From assembly GCA_022605425.2 (NCBI GenBank), contig CM061247.1, positions 310,001 through 374,000 on the forward strand: 64,000 nucleotides of DNA, written 5' to 3'. The position numbers were made by a program, and so were the translations under genes. Source of the stretch: Hamiltosporidium tvaerminnensis FI-OER-3-3 (taxonomy: Eukaryota > Fungi > Microsporidia). Below are positions 1-11,340 of this stretch, piece by piece. Under the pieces are notes generated by a model. That model was not told the DNA's origin and made no database searches. It saw nothing but the letters and a program-made list of their open reading frames with translations. Numbering within the stretch: the first letter of the stretch is position 1; each line of letters starts with the position of its first letter.

Positions 1-496
1 AAGAAATATCTTAATTGTAAATAAATATGTTTAATACAATATTTAATTATTAAAATTCTATTTAAAGTTGTAAAATTTTTGTAAAATCAACTTTTATATT
101 CAAATAGAAAATTTTATACCTGGTTTGACTGGAAAATAAGATTTAATAATAATTGGGAAAATTAAAAGCTTGCAAATATTATTTATATGAATTAAAACAA
201 ACCTAATTTTTAAAAAATATGGACTTAGTAATTAAAGAAAGGAAATTTTCAAAAAATATTTTAAAAGCTCAAATGAATTTACTAGAAAACAGAAATTTAA
301 AAATATGTTTTGAAGTATAAATAATCTCTTTATAAATATTTTTGTTTATACTGATAATTTAAAACATATATCTGTATTTTTAGAAATTAGAAGCTCTAGT
401 ATTTTAATAAATCACATTCAACAAATTTATGAGAAATAAAGAAAAAAAATAATCAAGATTACTTCGTTGAAAATTCCATAAAAAACAACAATGATT

Positions 497-1120
497 TTAT
501 TCAACGTATCTCGCGAGAATCTTTTCGAAATCAGGAGGAAATTCATGTTCTCCATCAAATTTTATAAATTTCACATTTACTTTTAAACATTTCAATGCCA
601 TATAAGACATCCATCCTGCAATAAATGGAACCACTGTATCTTTTTTTCCATGAGTCAATAAAATATTTTGTCGGTGCGTATTCCTGTGTTTGACTCGTGG
701 CAAATATCCGCTCATTGCTATTATTACTCTAAATTTGTAATTACAATTTAAAGCAATATATAGAGACATAGTAGCACCTTGTGAATACCCACATAGTATC
801 ACTTTCTCAGAATCAAATTTATAATACTCAATAAGTTTTAATATTTTATCCATGGACTCGTCCAAACCTTGCGTATCTTCTTTAGCGAATATACTTCTAT
901 TTCTAATATTAAACCAACTATTTACCGATTTATTGTCATACAAACCAACTTTTAATGGAAAAGCTGTTGGAATTATTATCATTACGTTTTTATGTGATTC
1001 AGAAAATTTAATAAATCTATTCGACATATCTTTACCATTGCTGTTTATTCCGTGTAAAAATATCATTAAATAGTCTGTGGCCATAGAATTTAGAATAATC
1101 AAAGAATCAAATATTTTCAT
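497..1120 (-). CDS. Phospholipase/carboxylesterase (acyl-protein thioesterase APT1/LYPLA-like alpha/beta hydrolase)
   Basis: IFLHG, SWFNI, nucleophile elbow GYSQG, AMSGYLP, HGKKDTVVP (Asp) and FDGEH (His): the complete Abhydrolase_2 motif set. Confidence 0.9.
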   Translation of the reverse strand: MKIFDSLIILNSMATDYLMIFLHGINSNGKDMSNRFIKFSESHKNVMIIIPTAFPLKVGLYDNKSVNSWFNIRNRSIFAKEDTQGLDESMDKILKLIEYYKFDSEKVILCGYSQGATMSLYIALNCNYKFRVIIAMSGYLPRVKHRNTHRQNILLTHGKKDTVVPFIAGWMSYMALKCLKVNVKFIKFDGEHEFPPDFEKILARYVE

Positions 1121-1310
1121 AATTATGGATACAAAAAATTAATTACTTAATTTACTCAAAAAAATAAAATTTATAATCTTTTTTGTTAAATTGTAAAATT
1201 GTTGGTACTGAAAACAACAAATTGTATTTGAAAAAAGACCAAGAATATTAAAACCTAGTTTATTCATTTTCCCCAAAATAAATTGTTATTTCTAATAAAA
1301 TAGTAATAAT

Positions 1311-1500
1311 TAACTAACTATCTATTCGGCGCTACAAGCCTGAACAAGATAGACCTTTTAACGATCCTTCGGAATTAATCAAGCATCATAAAACCTTTTT
1401 ATTAAAACAAAATCTTTATATAGAATATCTTATGGTCTAAATACATTCCATTGCCATTTGACTATGAAGCGTCTTAAAATGCTAATAAACTCTTACAGAA
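1311..1500 (-). mobile_element. Decayed 3' end of an RTE-type LINE
   Basis: Minus strand ends ...ggcttgtagcgccgaatagatagttagtta, an RTE-like stop/3'UTR with a short-repeat tail. The inner boundary is uncertain. Confidence 0.35.
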
Positions 1501-2121
1501 TTTCACTTAATCTTTTAACTTAAACGATATTAAACAAAAGATAAAATATAATCAACGAAGATACAGAGGAGTCTTTTTAGAACTATAAGGCCTTGAAAAC
1601 TTCTAATGTTATAAGACAGCTTTCATACAATTTTAAAACTATTTTTATCTACTATACTCTAGAAAAAGAAATTTGACTAGTGAAGAATATTTTAATGAAT
1701 CTTATTTACTTAAATGGCAATCTTAGCGAATAATTAAATTTAAAGAGTGGAAAGCCCGAATAAAACCTTTGATATGCTCTATGGTTTTTTTGTTGAATTA
1801 TGAGCCTTATAAAGAAACGAATCCTTTTAGTATAAACCAATCTCACATTGATTTTATCGTTAATGATATTTCATCTTTCACGGAAGCATTTAAAAATCAA
1901 ACAAATATCTCAAGTTCTCTTAAAATCAAATATAGAGTAATTCTAGAGTTATTGCAAATATATTAAAAAAATATATTTTACGAAGTAAAGTGGTTTACTA
2001 AAAGCCAAAAAATAGATATTTAAGTTTTGTGTAGAACAATCTTTGGTTGTGTAGTGTGTTTGATCTTCATAGTGCTATAATACAATATTACATTTAGATA
2101 ATTATTATATTTCATGTCTTC

Positions 2122-2842
2122 TTCGTATAGGGAGAATTACCACATAAAAAACTATTTGCTCGGCAGTAAATAGTTGAAATTAATGTGTGAAAAACTTTTT
2201 TTCTTTGTGGGAATAAACCATATGGCACCTTCGGTTGTTCCATACGTTTTTGTATGACGAGGAGGTCGACGAAATGGCGAAACCTTTTCTATAAATCTAT
2301 TTTGTGGTTTTATATGCAATCAGATTACAGACCGCAGCTGAACTTGTAGATAATTGTTCTGTAAACGTATCGAAAACTACCCTTCTCACACCGTGTAAAA
2401 AATCTAGCGCCCAGGAGATACAAAAATCAAACCCTTAAAGGTCAGAAAGACCAAAAAGCAGGTTATAACTGTTGTTATGGCATTAAATTGTATCGCTGAA
2501 CCCATTTAAGTCGCCAATATATATCTTAGCTTGAGTTTATGAGGTTCGGAAAGTGTAGAGTGACTAGTGATGCTACATATTATTGAGGGAGCCCAGGGTG
2601 AGTTTCGACCTATGATCGCACTTCATGCAAAAAATATTAGCGAACTCCAGGCAAGTCCCTCGCTTATTAAATAGGTTATACACACCCTTTATAAAAGGTT
2701 TTGTGATGTAGGTATAGTAGGGGATACTGATGGAGTATTGAGGGAAGGTGTTATTTATTTTAACATAGAATTGCATTGAGGTCATAAAAATGATACAACA
2801 CTTGCTAATTTTCTCAACAAGACGTGATATTGTGAATAAAAA
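2122..2842 (+). repeat. Family A non-coding retroposed repeat, copy 1
   Basis: Colinear with the reverse complement of 8045-8775 and with 30630-31340. Flanked by imperfect direct repeats atatttcatgtcttc (2107-2121) and atatttcatctcctc (2843-2857), 13/15 identical. Strand assignment is provisional. Confidence 0.85.
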
Positions 2843-4016
2843 ATATTTCATCTCCTCGAAAAGTATATATTTGATACATAAGTGGATAATCGATAATTAT
2901 GATTATTCAAATGGTAATAAAAAGCACACGGAATTCAAAAAAGCGTTAAGGTTTAAAATTAGAGACTCGATATAGATATTTAAACATAAATCAACGGGAT
3001 AACGTAAATAGAGCAGAAATCTTCTATCTTACATAAATTGACGTTTTATACTTTCAATTGAATCTAATCTTATGAAAAAACCGCTTTTTCTTTTTCATAT
3101 TGTATTACCTGGAAAAATAACTTTAAGAACAAAATACATAAGAATATTTTCTAATAATTTTTTTTAGACGTACTTATCAGATCGAGAAATTGTTTTAATG
3201 TAGTACAAAAAAGAATCAAATTGTTTAATTAGTAAGTAAATCAGTATTTAATTTCTTAGTGAATATAAAAAACTTACAGAAGGTTCTGAAAATAACTAAT
3301 ATTGGAAAAAAACACTCATAAAAAGCATATATAGCATCAAAAATTACATACAATTCATATGACTTTTTACGCAGATCCAAAGAAAATTTTTTTAGGCAAA
3401 CTAAAATATTTAAGAAATATAAAATTCAAATATTAGTACTAATGTCTAAATAATATTTTATTAAAAATATTTCAATTCCAAATATTTATTTTCTATTGGA
3501 ATATTCTTTGGACCAAATGTATATTTAATTAAACAAAAATGAAAATTAAATAATTCACACAAAAATTTAAAGATATTTGTATTACTAAGTTAAAATATAA
3601 TATATCATATAAAACGTCATATCTATCAAAGGTAATACAATGATCAATAGATTGTTTATAAATAATAATAAGAACCTGATATAGTAATTTTATTGAATTA
3701 ATAATATTATTTATATTTTAATATAAAAATAAGAGAAACAATCAGATTTAAATATTTTTTGTATTGAGTGTGTAGTTTAATTTCCTTTAAAAGTAGATAT
3801 TAAACATAAAAAAATTATTTTAAAATAGCAGACTTTTTACTTTCATTTTATAAAAAGATAAGATTAAACACGAAAAATATATTTTTAAAAATCTGTTTTT
3901 TTTTTATTTTCATTTTCTTTAAAAGTAGAAATTAAAGATGAAAAATATATTTTTAATTTTTTTTTTTAAATCAGAAATTTTTATTTAAATATTTTCCAAA
4001 TCTGAAGGGCATAAAA

Positions 4017-5738
4017 ATGGTAATAAACACGGAAGAGCAAGATTGGAAAAAAATTCAAACAAAAACATTTACGAAATGGATAAATACCAAATTAAACGAA
4101 GGTTCATATCCAACAGTAACAAATCTTTTTGAAAATATACGAGACGGTACTGTATTGGCACATCTTCTTTTTATTTTAACTGAAGAAAAATTTATTTATA
4201 ATAAACGACCAATTACCAGATTTCAAAAGGTAGAAAATATTCAACAAGTTTTGAATTTTATTAAACAAAAAAATATTACTTTAATAAATATTGGATCTCC
4301 AGATATTGTTGATGGAAATGAAAAACTTATTTTGGGATTAATTTGGACAATTATTTTGAGATTCGTTGTTACTGAAGGAGTACAAAGCGATTCTTCTGCT
4401 AAAAGTGCTTTGCTTTCTTGGTGTAGAGCATGTACAGCTTCTTATAAAAATGTTGATATTGTAGATTTTTCTAAAAGTTGGCAAGATGGTCTTGGATTTA
4501 ATGCTATAATTCATAAATTTACACCCGAATTAATTGGTGATTACAATCAGTTATCTAAAAAAAATAAAATTGAAAATTTAAGGAAGGCATTTGACACGGC
4601 AGAAAATAAATTAGGAATTCCAAAACTTTTTGATCCAGAAGATATAGCACATTCTATTAAACCAGATGAAAAGAGTATCTTCACTTATGTTTCACAATAT
4701 TATAAAAAATTCAGTGAAATGGAAAAAATGGATTCTGCCAAAAAAAGACTTTCGGATTTCTTAAGTATTGTCAATAATAGTATTAAAATAAAAAATGAAT
4801 ATGAAATGGAAGCAAAAAAATTTATTGAATTGAAAAATGAATTTGAAAATAATTATTCTGAAATAGAAAATCTAATAGAAACATTAAATATCAAACTTGG
4901 AGTTCGAAGAACTCTTTCTAATGAAATGAATCATAAATATTTACTTTTAAATTCTTTATTGGGAAATATTAATACAATAAATAATTTTTATAAAATAAAA
5001 AAATATGAACCGAGAGATGAATACAAATTAGATTTTTTACAGAAAAATATTTTAAATCCAACTTATAAATCTTATAAAAGCTACTCTTCATTAATGAAGG
5101 AATTTGAAATATTAGATAATCAAAATATGGAATATATTAAAACTCTTCCTTCTAAGTTTAGATCAGAAGAGGATATAGAAAGTCAGCTGAAGGCTGTAAA
5201 GAATTCTCTTGAAGAAATCGATAGCATTTTAAAACAAACGTTTAATAACAAATCTATTGACAATATTTCTTTAAATGAATTCGAAACCAAAAAATCTCTC
5301 GAATTTTCGAAGCAAATATTTTTAGAAAAATATGAAATTTTAAAAATAATTTCTATAAAAAGAACAGAACGTACCAATTTACTGAATGAAGCTACAATGA
5401 TGTTTAAAAAAATTGATAGACAAAAAACAGGTAAAATAAATATTATCGATTTTCATCATTGTGCCAAAGTATTGGGATTAATTACAGAAGACAAGGATAT
5501 TTGCTTAGAAAAAGATACGCTTTTAACTTTAGAAGAATTTTTAAAATGTATAACATTTCTTTACGACCAAACATTTTCATTGGACAGAATAACTAAAAAT
5601 ATTAAAATTAAAAATAATCAAGATTTTTATTCTCCTGAAAATAAAATTGAAAATATTCATATTGACGAGTTAAAAGAAATGATTGATTTTAATCTTAGTC
5701 TTGAAAATGGAGATATTAGAAAAGTATTGGAGAGATAA
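4017..5738 (+). CDS. Alpha-actinin-like actin cross-linker (tandem CH domains, short helical rod, EF-hand-like region)
   Basis: CH1 IQTKTFTKWIN...DIVDGNEKLILGLIWTIILRF, CH2 LLSWC...DFSKSWQDGLGFNAIIH...KPDEKSIFTYV, and EF-hand-like FKKIDRQKTGKINIIDF. GGG motif just upstream of the ATG. Confidence 0.9.
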   Translation: MVINTEEQDWKKIQTKTFTKWINTKLNEGSYPTVTNLFENIRDGTVLAHLLFILTEEKFIYNKRPITRFQKVENIQQVLNFIKQKNITLINIGSPDIVDGNEKLILGLIWTIILRFVVTEGVQSDSSAKSALLSWCRACTASYKNVDIVDFSKSWQDGLGFNAIIHKFTPELIGDYNQLSKKNKIENLRKAFDTAENKLGIPKLFDPEDIAHSIKPDEKSIFTYVSQYYKKFSEMEKMDSAKKRLSDFLSIVNNSIKIKNEYEMEAKKFIELKNEFENNYSEIENLIETLNIKLGVRRTLSNEMNHKYLLLNSLLGNINTINNFYKIKKYEPRDEYKLDFLQKNILNPTYKSYKSYSSLMKEFEILDNQNMEYIKTLPSKFRSEEDIESQLKAVKNSLEEIDSILKQTFNNKSIDNISLNEFETKKSLEFSKQIFLEKYEILKIISIKRTERTNLLNEATMMFKKIDRQKTGKINIIDFHHCAKVLGLITEDKDICLEKDTLLTLEEFLKCITFLYDQTFSLDRITKNIKIKNNQDFYSPENKIENIHIDELKEMIDFNLSLENGDIRKVLER

Positions 5739-5879
5739 ATTGGTAAATAAAAAATATTAGGAGTAAAATTTTTATAATCCAAATTTTTATATGATTTGGT
5801 ATTTATCACTTACAAACTGATTTTTTTAATAATATTTTTTTCTTTTACAAATTGTTGATTTCGCTGGGTTTAAAATTTA

Positions 5880-6370
5880 TTAATTTACAATTTTTTTTTT
5901 AATAATATTTTTAGTTAAGGGATTTTTGTTTCTGTTAAGCTCAATAGATCTATTAATTTACATTTTTTTTTTAATAATATTTTTAGTTAAGGGATTTTTG
6001 TTTTATTTTAAGCTTAATAGATCTATTAATTTACAATTTTTTTTTTAATAATATTTTTTTATTAATAATTTTATTAAATAAAAATAAATTTATTTTTAAA
6101 ATTAAACTATAAAAAATATATCATAAATGTAAAAATATTTAATTATCTAATTCATTTAAACTTTGGTATTTTATTTTGTTACAAGTTGACTTATCCTTAT
6201 TTAAATATATTGAGTATAAAATTTTAATATAATTTAATAAAATAATCAGTAAAACAGTTAACTGTTTTAGTGTTTTATTTTGTTACAAGTTGACTTATCC
6301 TTTATTTAAATATATTGAGTATAAAATTTTAATATAATTTAATAAAATAATCAGTAAAACAGTTAACTAT
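5880..6370. repeat. Local tandem duplications downstream of the actinin gene
   Basis: ~75-bp unit (attaatttaca-T-run-aataatatttttagttaagggatttttg) repeated 2-3 times, then a ~105-bp unit (ttttattttgttacaagttgac...aaacagttaact) twice. Confidence 0.8.
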
Positions 6371-6942
6371 CATTTAGTGTTTTAATCTGTAATCCTTTAT
6401 TTTATTTTTTTAATAAAAATATTTTTTAAAAAATATATAAATTAGCATAAATCTTATTTGATCCTGAAATTTTTCAGAGAAACAATATCGAAATGGAAAA
6501 TTGATATTTCAGTAGGTTCTATAAGAATCATAAGGAAGCAATGTAACATATTAATTATAAAAGAGATAAATTTCACTTCTTATTTTGTGTTGTGTAAGGA
6601 ACCAGTGTGCCCAAATTTTAAGTAAAATATGTGGCAGTATATTTGAAAAAAAACTTTTATTTATTGACGATTCTTAACTTCTAATAGGGTTTTTTCGTAA
6701 ATTTATTCTCTTCAAAAGGTAAATTTAAAAATTTTTAAAGGTTTTTAAATAAATGATAAACATGCTAAATCAGTCATAAATAATACGTGTTGTGAAGATA
6801 CTGCTACTATTCTAGAAAAAATGGAGTTAATAAGCTCTTGTAAGAACATATGATAGAAAAGCAAACCTGGCACAAGGTTAATTCATGGAAATAAAAGAGA
6901 AACCAATACTAAGGCAAAGGAATTTGACTCACTAAATTAAAT

Positions 6943-7186
6943 GGAGATTCCCTACCATGCCGGGAGCAGAATTGACTTGGAATATTCTCTGCTTGTCGTA
7001 AGAGGCGACTAAAAGGGACTGATCCTTTATGTTGGGGTTGGGCGTAGGGAGAACAACCCACCCTTTAAAACTACCTTGTTACGAAACCCGATATGTAAAC
7101 AAGCCCACTGGAAAAAGACGGGTGGGCGGTATTACTAAGGAAGGCCAAGGCTCGCACAGAGCTGTAGTGCCAAGGATGAATGAATG
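6943..7186 (+). mobile_element. Family B: ~240-bp non-autonomous RTE-derived SINE-like element, copy 1
   Basis: RTE-type 5' motifs ctgcttgtcgtaagaggcgactaaaaggg and ggggttgggcgtaggg...acaaccc are fused to an RTE-type 3' end gaaggccaaggctc...ctgtagtgcc with a (TGAA)n tail. TSD aaattaaat at 6934-6942 and 7187-7195. Confidence 0.85.
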
Positions 7187-8044
7187 AAATTAAATCGAGA
7201 AAACCTATTTTATGCTTTAAGTTAATGTCTGATATACTTAATGAACATCAAGTAATAGTGGTTCGACTTGAACAAACTGAATTTTTTGAGTTTGCTGTTG
7301 AGGCGTGTAGTGTTGCTTAAAAACAAAATATACCTAAAATTAGAATATAAATAGCGAGATGTCGCTTAAATCAGAATTTTAGAATGAAATTCTTAGTGAG
7401 TAACACAGAAACGAACATATGCCTCTGTAAAGCCTAGCGTGTCTGTAAGCAAATAGAAATATCCCACAAAGAGCAGCAATAGTAAGCGTGAAATATAAAT
7501 AAATCACATTTTTGATTTATGTAAGGCTATCTTCAAATATAATAAAGGTTAAAGAAGGTATTTTACAAGAAAACCTAGAAGCGTTCTTAGCAAATAGATA
7601 TGAAAAATTAGAAACTGGAAATTAATTCAAATTTATATAAGGCCCTAGATAATAATTTTTTATGTACTGATGATTTCTATGAATGGCATAAGAAAATTAA
7701 CTTAAAATGGAATTCGACTCGGTCATTTGTTTCATCCAGGATAGAAATCTAGTTGAGATAATGAAGGAAACTATCTGCATTTAAAAACCTTAGAAAATAG
7801 ATATGGGTTTATGGGAACTTTTTTAAAAAATACTCGAGTATGAATGTACTAAGCCCTATAGCGAGATGGTTTTGTGTTAAAATATACTTCTTTTAAATAA
7901 GTCGGAGTCGAGATCTAAACATCGAATCAAGAATCACTTCGTTTTTGAAAATCTTTGAAATGAATATGGCAAAGTATGAGTAGACATCAGAATAAAATCA
8001 TAGATAATTCTGAATAATATAGACCTGATAATTTATTTTAGATA

Positions 8045-8775
8045 CTTTATTTAAAAATATCACATCTTTTTACAATAGTGGCAAGTGTTATATTTGTTTT
8101 CATGACATTAACGCAGTTCTAGGTTTAACATAAATGACTGCTACCCCAACACTCCATCGGTAACCCCTGCGATACCTACGTCCCAAAGCCTTTCATCTAC
8201 CAGGTGTGTAGAACCTAATTAATAGGCGAGGTAGTTGCCCGGAGTTCGTTAATGTCCGTTGCATGGAGTGTGATCGAAGGCCGAAGCCCACCCTGGGCTC
8301 CCCCAAGACTATGCAGCATTCCCACTTACTCTACACTTTCTGAACCCAATAAACTTCTAGCTAAGATATATTTCAGAGATTTACATGGGGTCCACCTAGA
8401 CAGTGCAATGTCATACCAACAGGTATAACCTGCTCCTTAGCTCTCCCGGCTTTTAATGGGTTTTATTTTTATATCTCCCAAGCGCTAAGTCTTCTAACCC
8501 GAGTGAGCAAGGCTAGGTTTCCATGCTTTTACATGGCGATTACCTACATGTTCAGCTGCGGTCTGCAATCTGGTTACATAAAAAACTACAAATAAATTCG
8601 TAGAAAAAGTTTCACCATTTCTTAGACCTCTCCTCCTCATAACAACTCCCATGGAACAACCGAAGATGTAGTGTGGTTGTATTCCCACCAAAAATCCAAA
8701 CAATGATCTCACACCAGTTTCACACACTCATTGCCAAGCAGAAAGTTTTTTATGTGGTTATCCTCCCTCCACCTC
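8045..8775 (-). repeat. Family A non-coding retroposed repeat, copy 2 (perfect TSD)
   Basis: Perfect 12-bp TSD ttattttagata at 8033-8044 and 8776-8787, splitting the R4 relic. GC-richer than its surroundings and has no long ORF. Confidence 0.9.
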
Positions 8776-9379
8776 TTATTTTAGATATATAATCAAATAA
8801 AATTATATTTAATGAGGTCAAAATTATCTATAAAGACGCATTTCAGTATTTAGAAGCTAAAAAGAACTAAGGAAGTTTAACATAATTATCAAATCTTTAA
8901 ATCATATTTGTTTAGTAGTGAGAAATAATCTCTTATGTGCTAACCTGGGATGGTATTGTGACAAATAACTAAAATTAAATTAAAGAATCCAATACAATAA
9001 TAATTTGAACTTAAATCTAACAAAAGAAGCTCAAGAAAACAGTTAAAATGATTTTCTTGATATTTTAAGAGGAGTTGATTGAATAAAATATGCCAATCTA
9101 AACAGGAGCAAAGTATCATTGCTTGTCATACGAAGAGCCAATATACTCATACAACACATTTACGCATTAAAAATATATGGCACAAAGGGAAAAAATTGTT
9201 GAACAAAATGGCAGCAAAATTTGGACTAAAAATTTTGATAACACAACAGCAGAATAAGATCCGATAAAAAACTTAAAAAACGAGTCTGACATTGAAATAA
9301 GGATATAATGGGTAAAGAAGTGTAGTAATTCACGTAACAACAACACATCCTAAGCATTATAAAGTAACTTCGTACTAAG

Positions 9380-9540
9380 ATCTTTACGTTTACCTATCAA
9401 AATATTATTTTATAAGTTTTTTACTTCTGTATACAATTTCCTTACGTTTACCTATCAAAATATTCTTTTATAGAACTTTTAAAAACATTCTTACTTCGTT
9501 ATAGAATTTCTGTATGTTTATCCAACAAAATATTATTTTT
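9380..9540. repeat. Degenerate ~60-bp triplication upstream of Rab6
   Basis: ttacgtttacctatcaaaatatt at ~9384 and ~9442, with a diverged third copy at ~9513. Confidence 0.65.
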
Positions 9541-9645
9541 GTTCATAAAATGTAACATCCTTATTTACTTACAAATTATTATTTAACACTACGTTGATTT
9601 CATATAAAATTTTTTATTTAAAAAAAAAATTATTTTATTTGAGGG

Positions 9646-10248
9646 ATGCGTTCGAAATATAAAATAGTATTTTTAGGAACTCAAAGTGTAGGTAAAACAA
9701 CACTTATATCACAATTTGTACACCGACATGCCGATGAAAAGTACCATCCAACAATAGGTATAGACTTTTTAAGTACAAAAATAGATATAAACGGTAAAGA
9801 AGTAAAACTACAACTATGGGATACAGCAGGACAAGAAAGATTTAATTCTATAATACCGAACTATACCCGTGATTCATTTATAGCCATTGTTGTTTTTGAT
9901 TTAAGTAACCAAAAAAGTTTTGAGCAGATTGATCACTGGATAAATGATTTAGTAAGAATTCATGATACCAATAATTGTGTAAAAGTTATTATTGCAGGAA
10001 ATAAAAAAGATTTAATCAGTGAAGAACAAAGACTTTCTTTTTCCTCTTTAGGAAATCAAAAAGCACAAGAACACAAAGGTAAATATGTTGAAACTTCTGC
10101 TATGAAATATGAAGATATTTATGAACTTGTTAAAACTGTCAATGATTATATATTTGAAGATATACAAAGAAGTGATAGTGTGATTGATTTAAATAAAGAA
10201 AGTGAAGTTATAAATTTAGAAGCAACTAGAAAAGGAAGATGTTGTTAA
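9646..10248 (+). CDS. RAB6: Rab6/Ypt6 small GTPase
   Basis: YKIVFLG...GKTT, effector TIGIDFLS (Rab6 signature), LQLWDTAGQERF, NKKD, ETSA and a C-terminal CC prenylation motif. Confidence 0.88.
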   Translation: MRSKYKIVFLGTQSVGKTTLISQFVHRHADEKYHPTIGIDFLSTKIDINGKEVKLQLWDTAGQERFNSIIPNYTRDSFIAIVVFDLSNQKSFEQIDHWINDLVRIHDTNNCVKVIIAGNKKDLISEEQRLSFSSLGNQKAQEHKGKYVETSAMKYEDIYELVKTVNDYIFEDIQRSDSVIDLNKESEVINLEATRKGRCC

Positions 10249-10575
10249 TAAAAGGGTTTTATACTTTAGTAATTGAGGGGTGTTATATGTAATGTTCTTT
10301 TTAAAGGGTCTAATATGCAATACTTATTAATAAAGGGGTGTTATATGATTTAGTAATAAAGGGGTCTAATATGTAGGATTTAATTAAGGGGTCTAATATG
10401 CAATACTTAATAATAAAGGGGTGTTATATAATTTAGTAATAGAGGGTCTAATATCCAATACTTATTTATAAAGGGTCTCTTATATAATTTAGTAATAGAG
10501 GGTCTAATATCCAATACTTAATAATGAGGTGTCTCTTATATAATTTAGTAATAAAGAGTGGTGTTTTATAATTCT
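10245..10575. repeat. Minisatellite with ~28-30-bp degenerate units immediately 3' of Rab6
   Basis: About 11 variants of taataaaggggtctaatatgcaatact / ggggtgttatataatttag. Confidence 0.8.
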
Positions 10576-11063
10576 ATTGAAATAAGATTTTTATAAAGGA
10601 AATTCTAATAAAAAGATTTTTAAAAAAATATTAAAAAATGAGGAATTTTTACTGAGAAATGCAATTTTTTTAATTCTAATTATCCGTCTATGAAATAAAT
10701 TGAAATTTTCGCGAAATATATTTATTTTCTAACATAAAATATAAGGAAAACAAAATTATAACTTTATATTAATTTTAGAATCTTTAGTTAATTTAATTAT
10801 ATATTGCATCGTTTCCTTAAATATATAATAAAATAATAAATTATATATTGCATCGGTTCCTTAAATTTATAATAAAATAATAAATTATATACTTCACCTT
10901 TTTCTTAAATTTATAATAAATTTATACTTTACATTACCTTAAATTTATAATAAATTAATAAATTATATTTCTTTTAAGAAGATAATATTATAATAAGTTG
11001 AAATTTTACAAAAGTCAAATATTCTTTAACTTTTGTTATCTAAAATTCCAATAAAAAATTACA

Positions 11064-11190
11064 ATTTTTTTAATTTTTTTTAATTTTTTTAATTTTTTTT
11101 AATTTTTTTTAATTTTTTTTAATTTTTTTTATATTTTTTTAATTTTTTTTAATTTTTTTTAATTTTTTTAATTTTTTTTAATTATTTTTA
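11064..11190. repeat. (AATTTTTTTT)n low-complexity array
   Basis: About 12 units of aa followed by 7-8 t. Confidence 0.9.
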
Positions 11191-11340
11191 TAGACTTAAA
11201 GAGTAGATTACTGATAAACAGTATAATGTTCTTATAATTGGAAAAATAAAACAGTTTAAATATGAAACATTTAGATAAACAAAGTTTCACTACTCTTCAC
11301 TTTTATCAACCAAACAATAAAAAATATATCCCTCAATTGA

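Larger units (their letters stand above)
6770..9100 (+). mobile_element. Old decayed R4/Dong-type element fragment (RT thumb to RLE), interrupted by family B and family A insertions
   Basis: tacgtgttgtgaagatactgctact (~6785) and tatgtgctaacctgggatggtattgtgacaaa (~8935) match the young element at ~25790 and ~26965. Confidence 0.75.

Noticed and set aside
1120-1310. Weak similarity between the upstream regions of the two esterase paralogues (versus 58590-58760)
   Set aside because: Only short AT-rich matches, which cannot be distinguished from background by eye.
8045-8775. Family A as a group I/II intron, RNase P/MRP RNA or solo LTR
   Set aside because: No domain V, no ordered P/Q/R/S elements and no P4 consensus. 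The TSD-defined ends are not TG...CA, and the TSD is too long for an LTR element.
10245-10575. CRISPR-like appearance of the repeated units
   Set aside because: The units are degenerate and contiguous with no unique spacers, there are no cas genes, and the context is eukaryotic.
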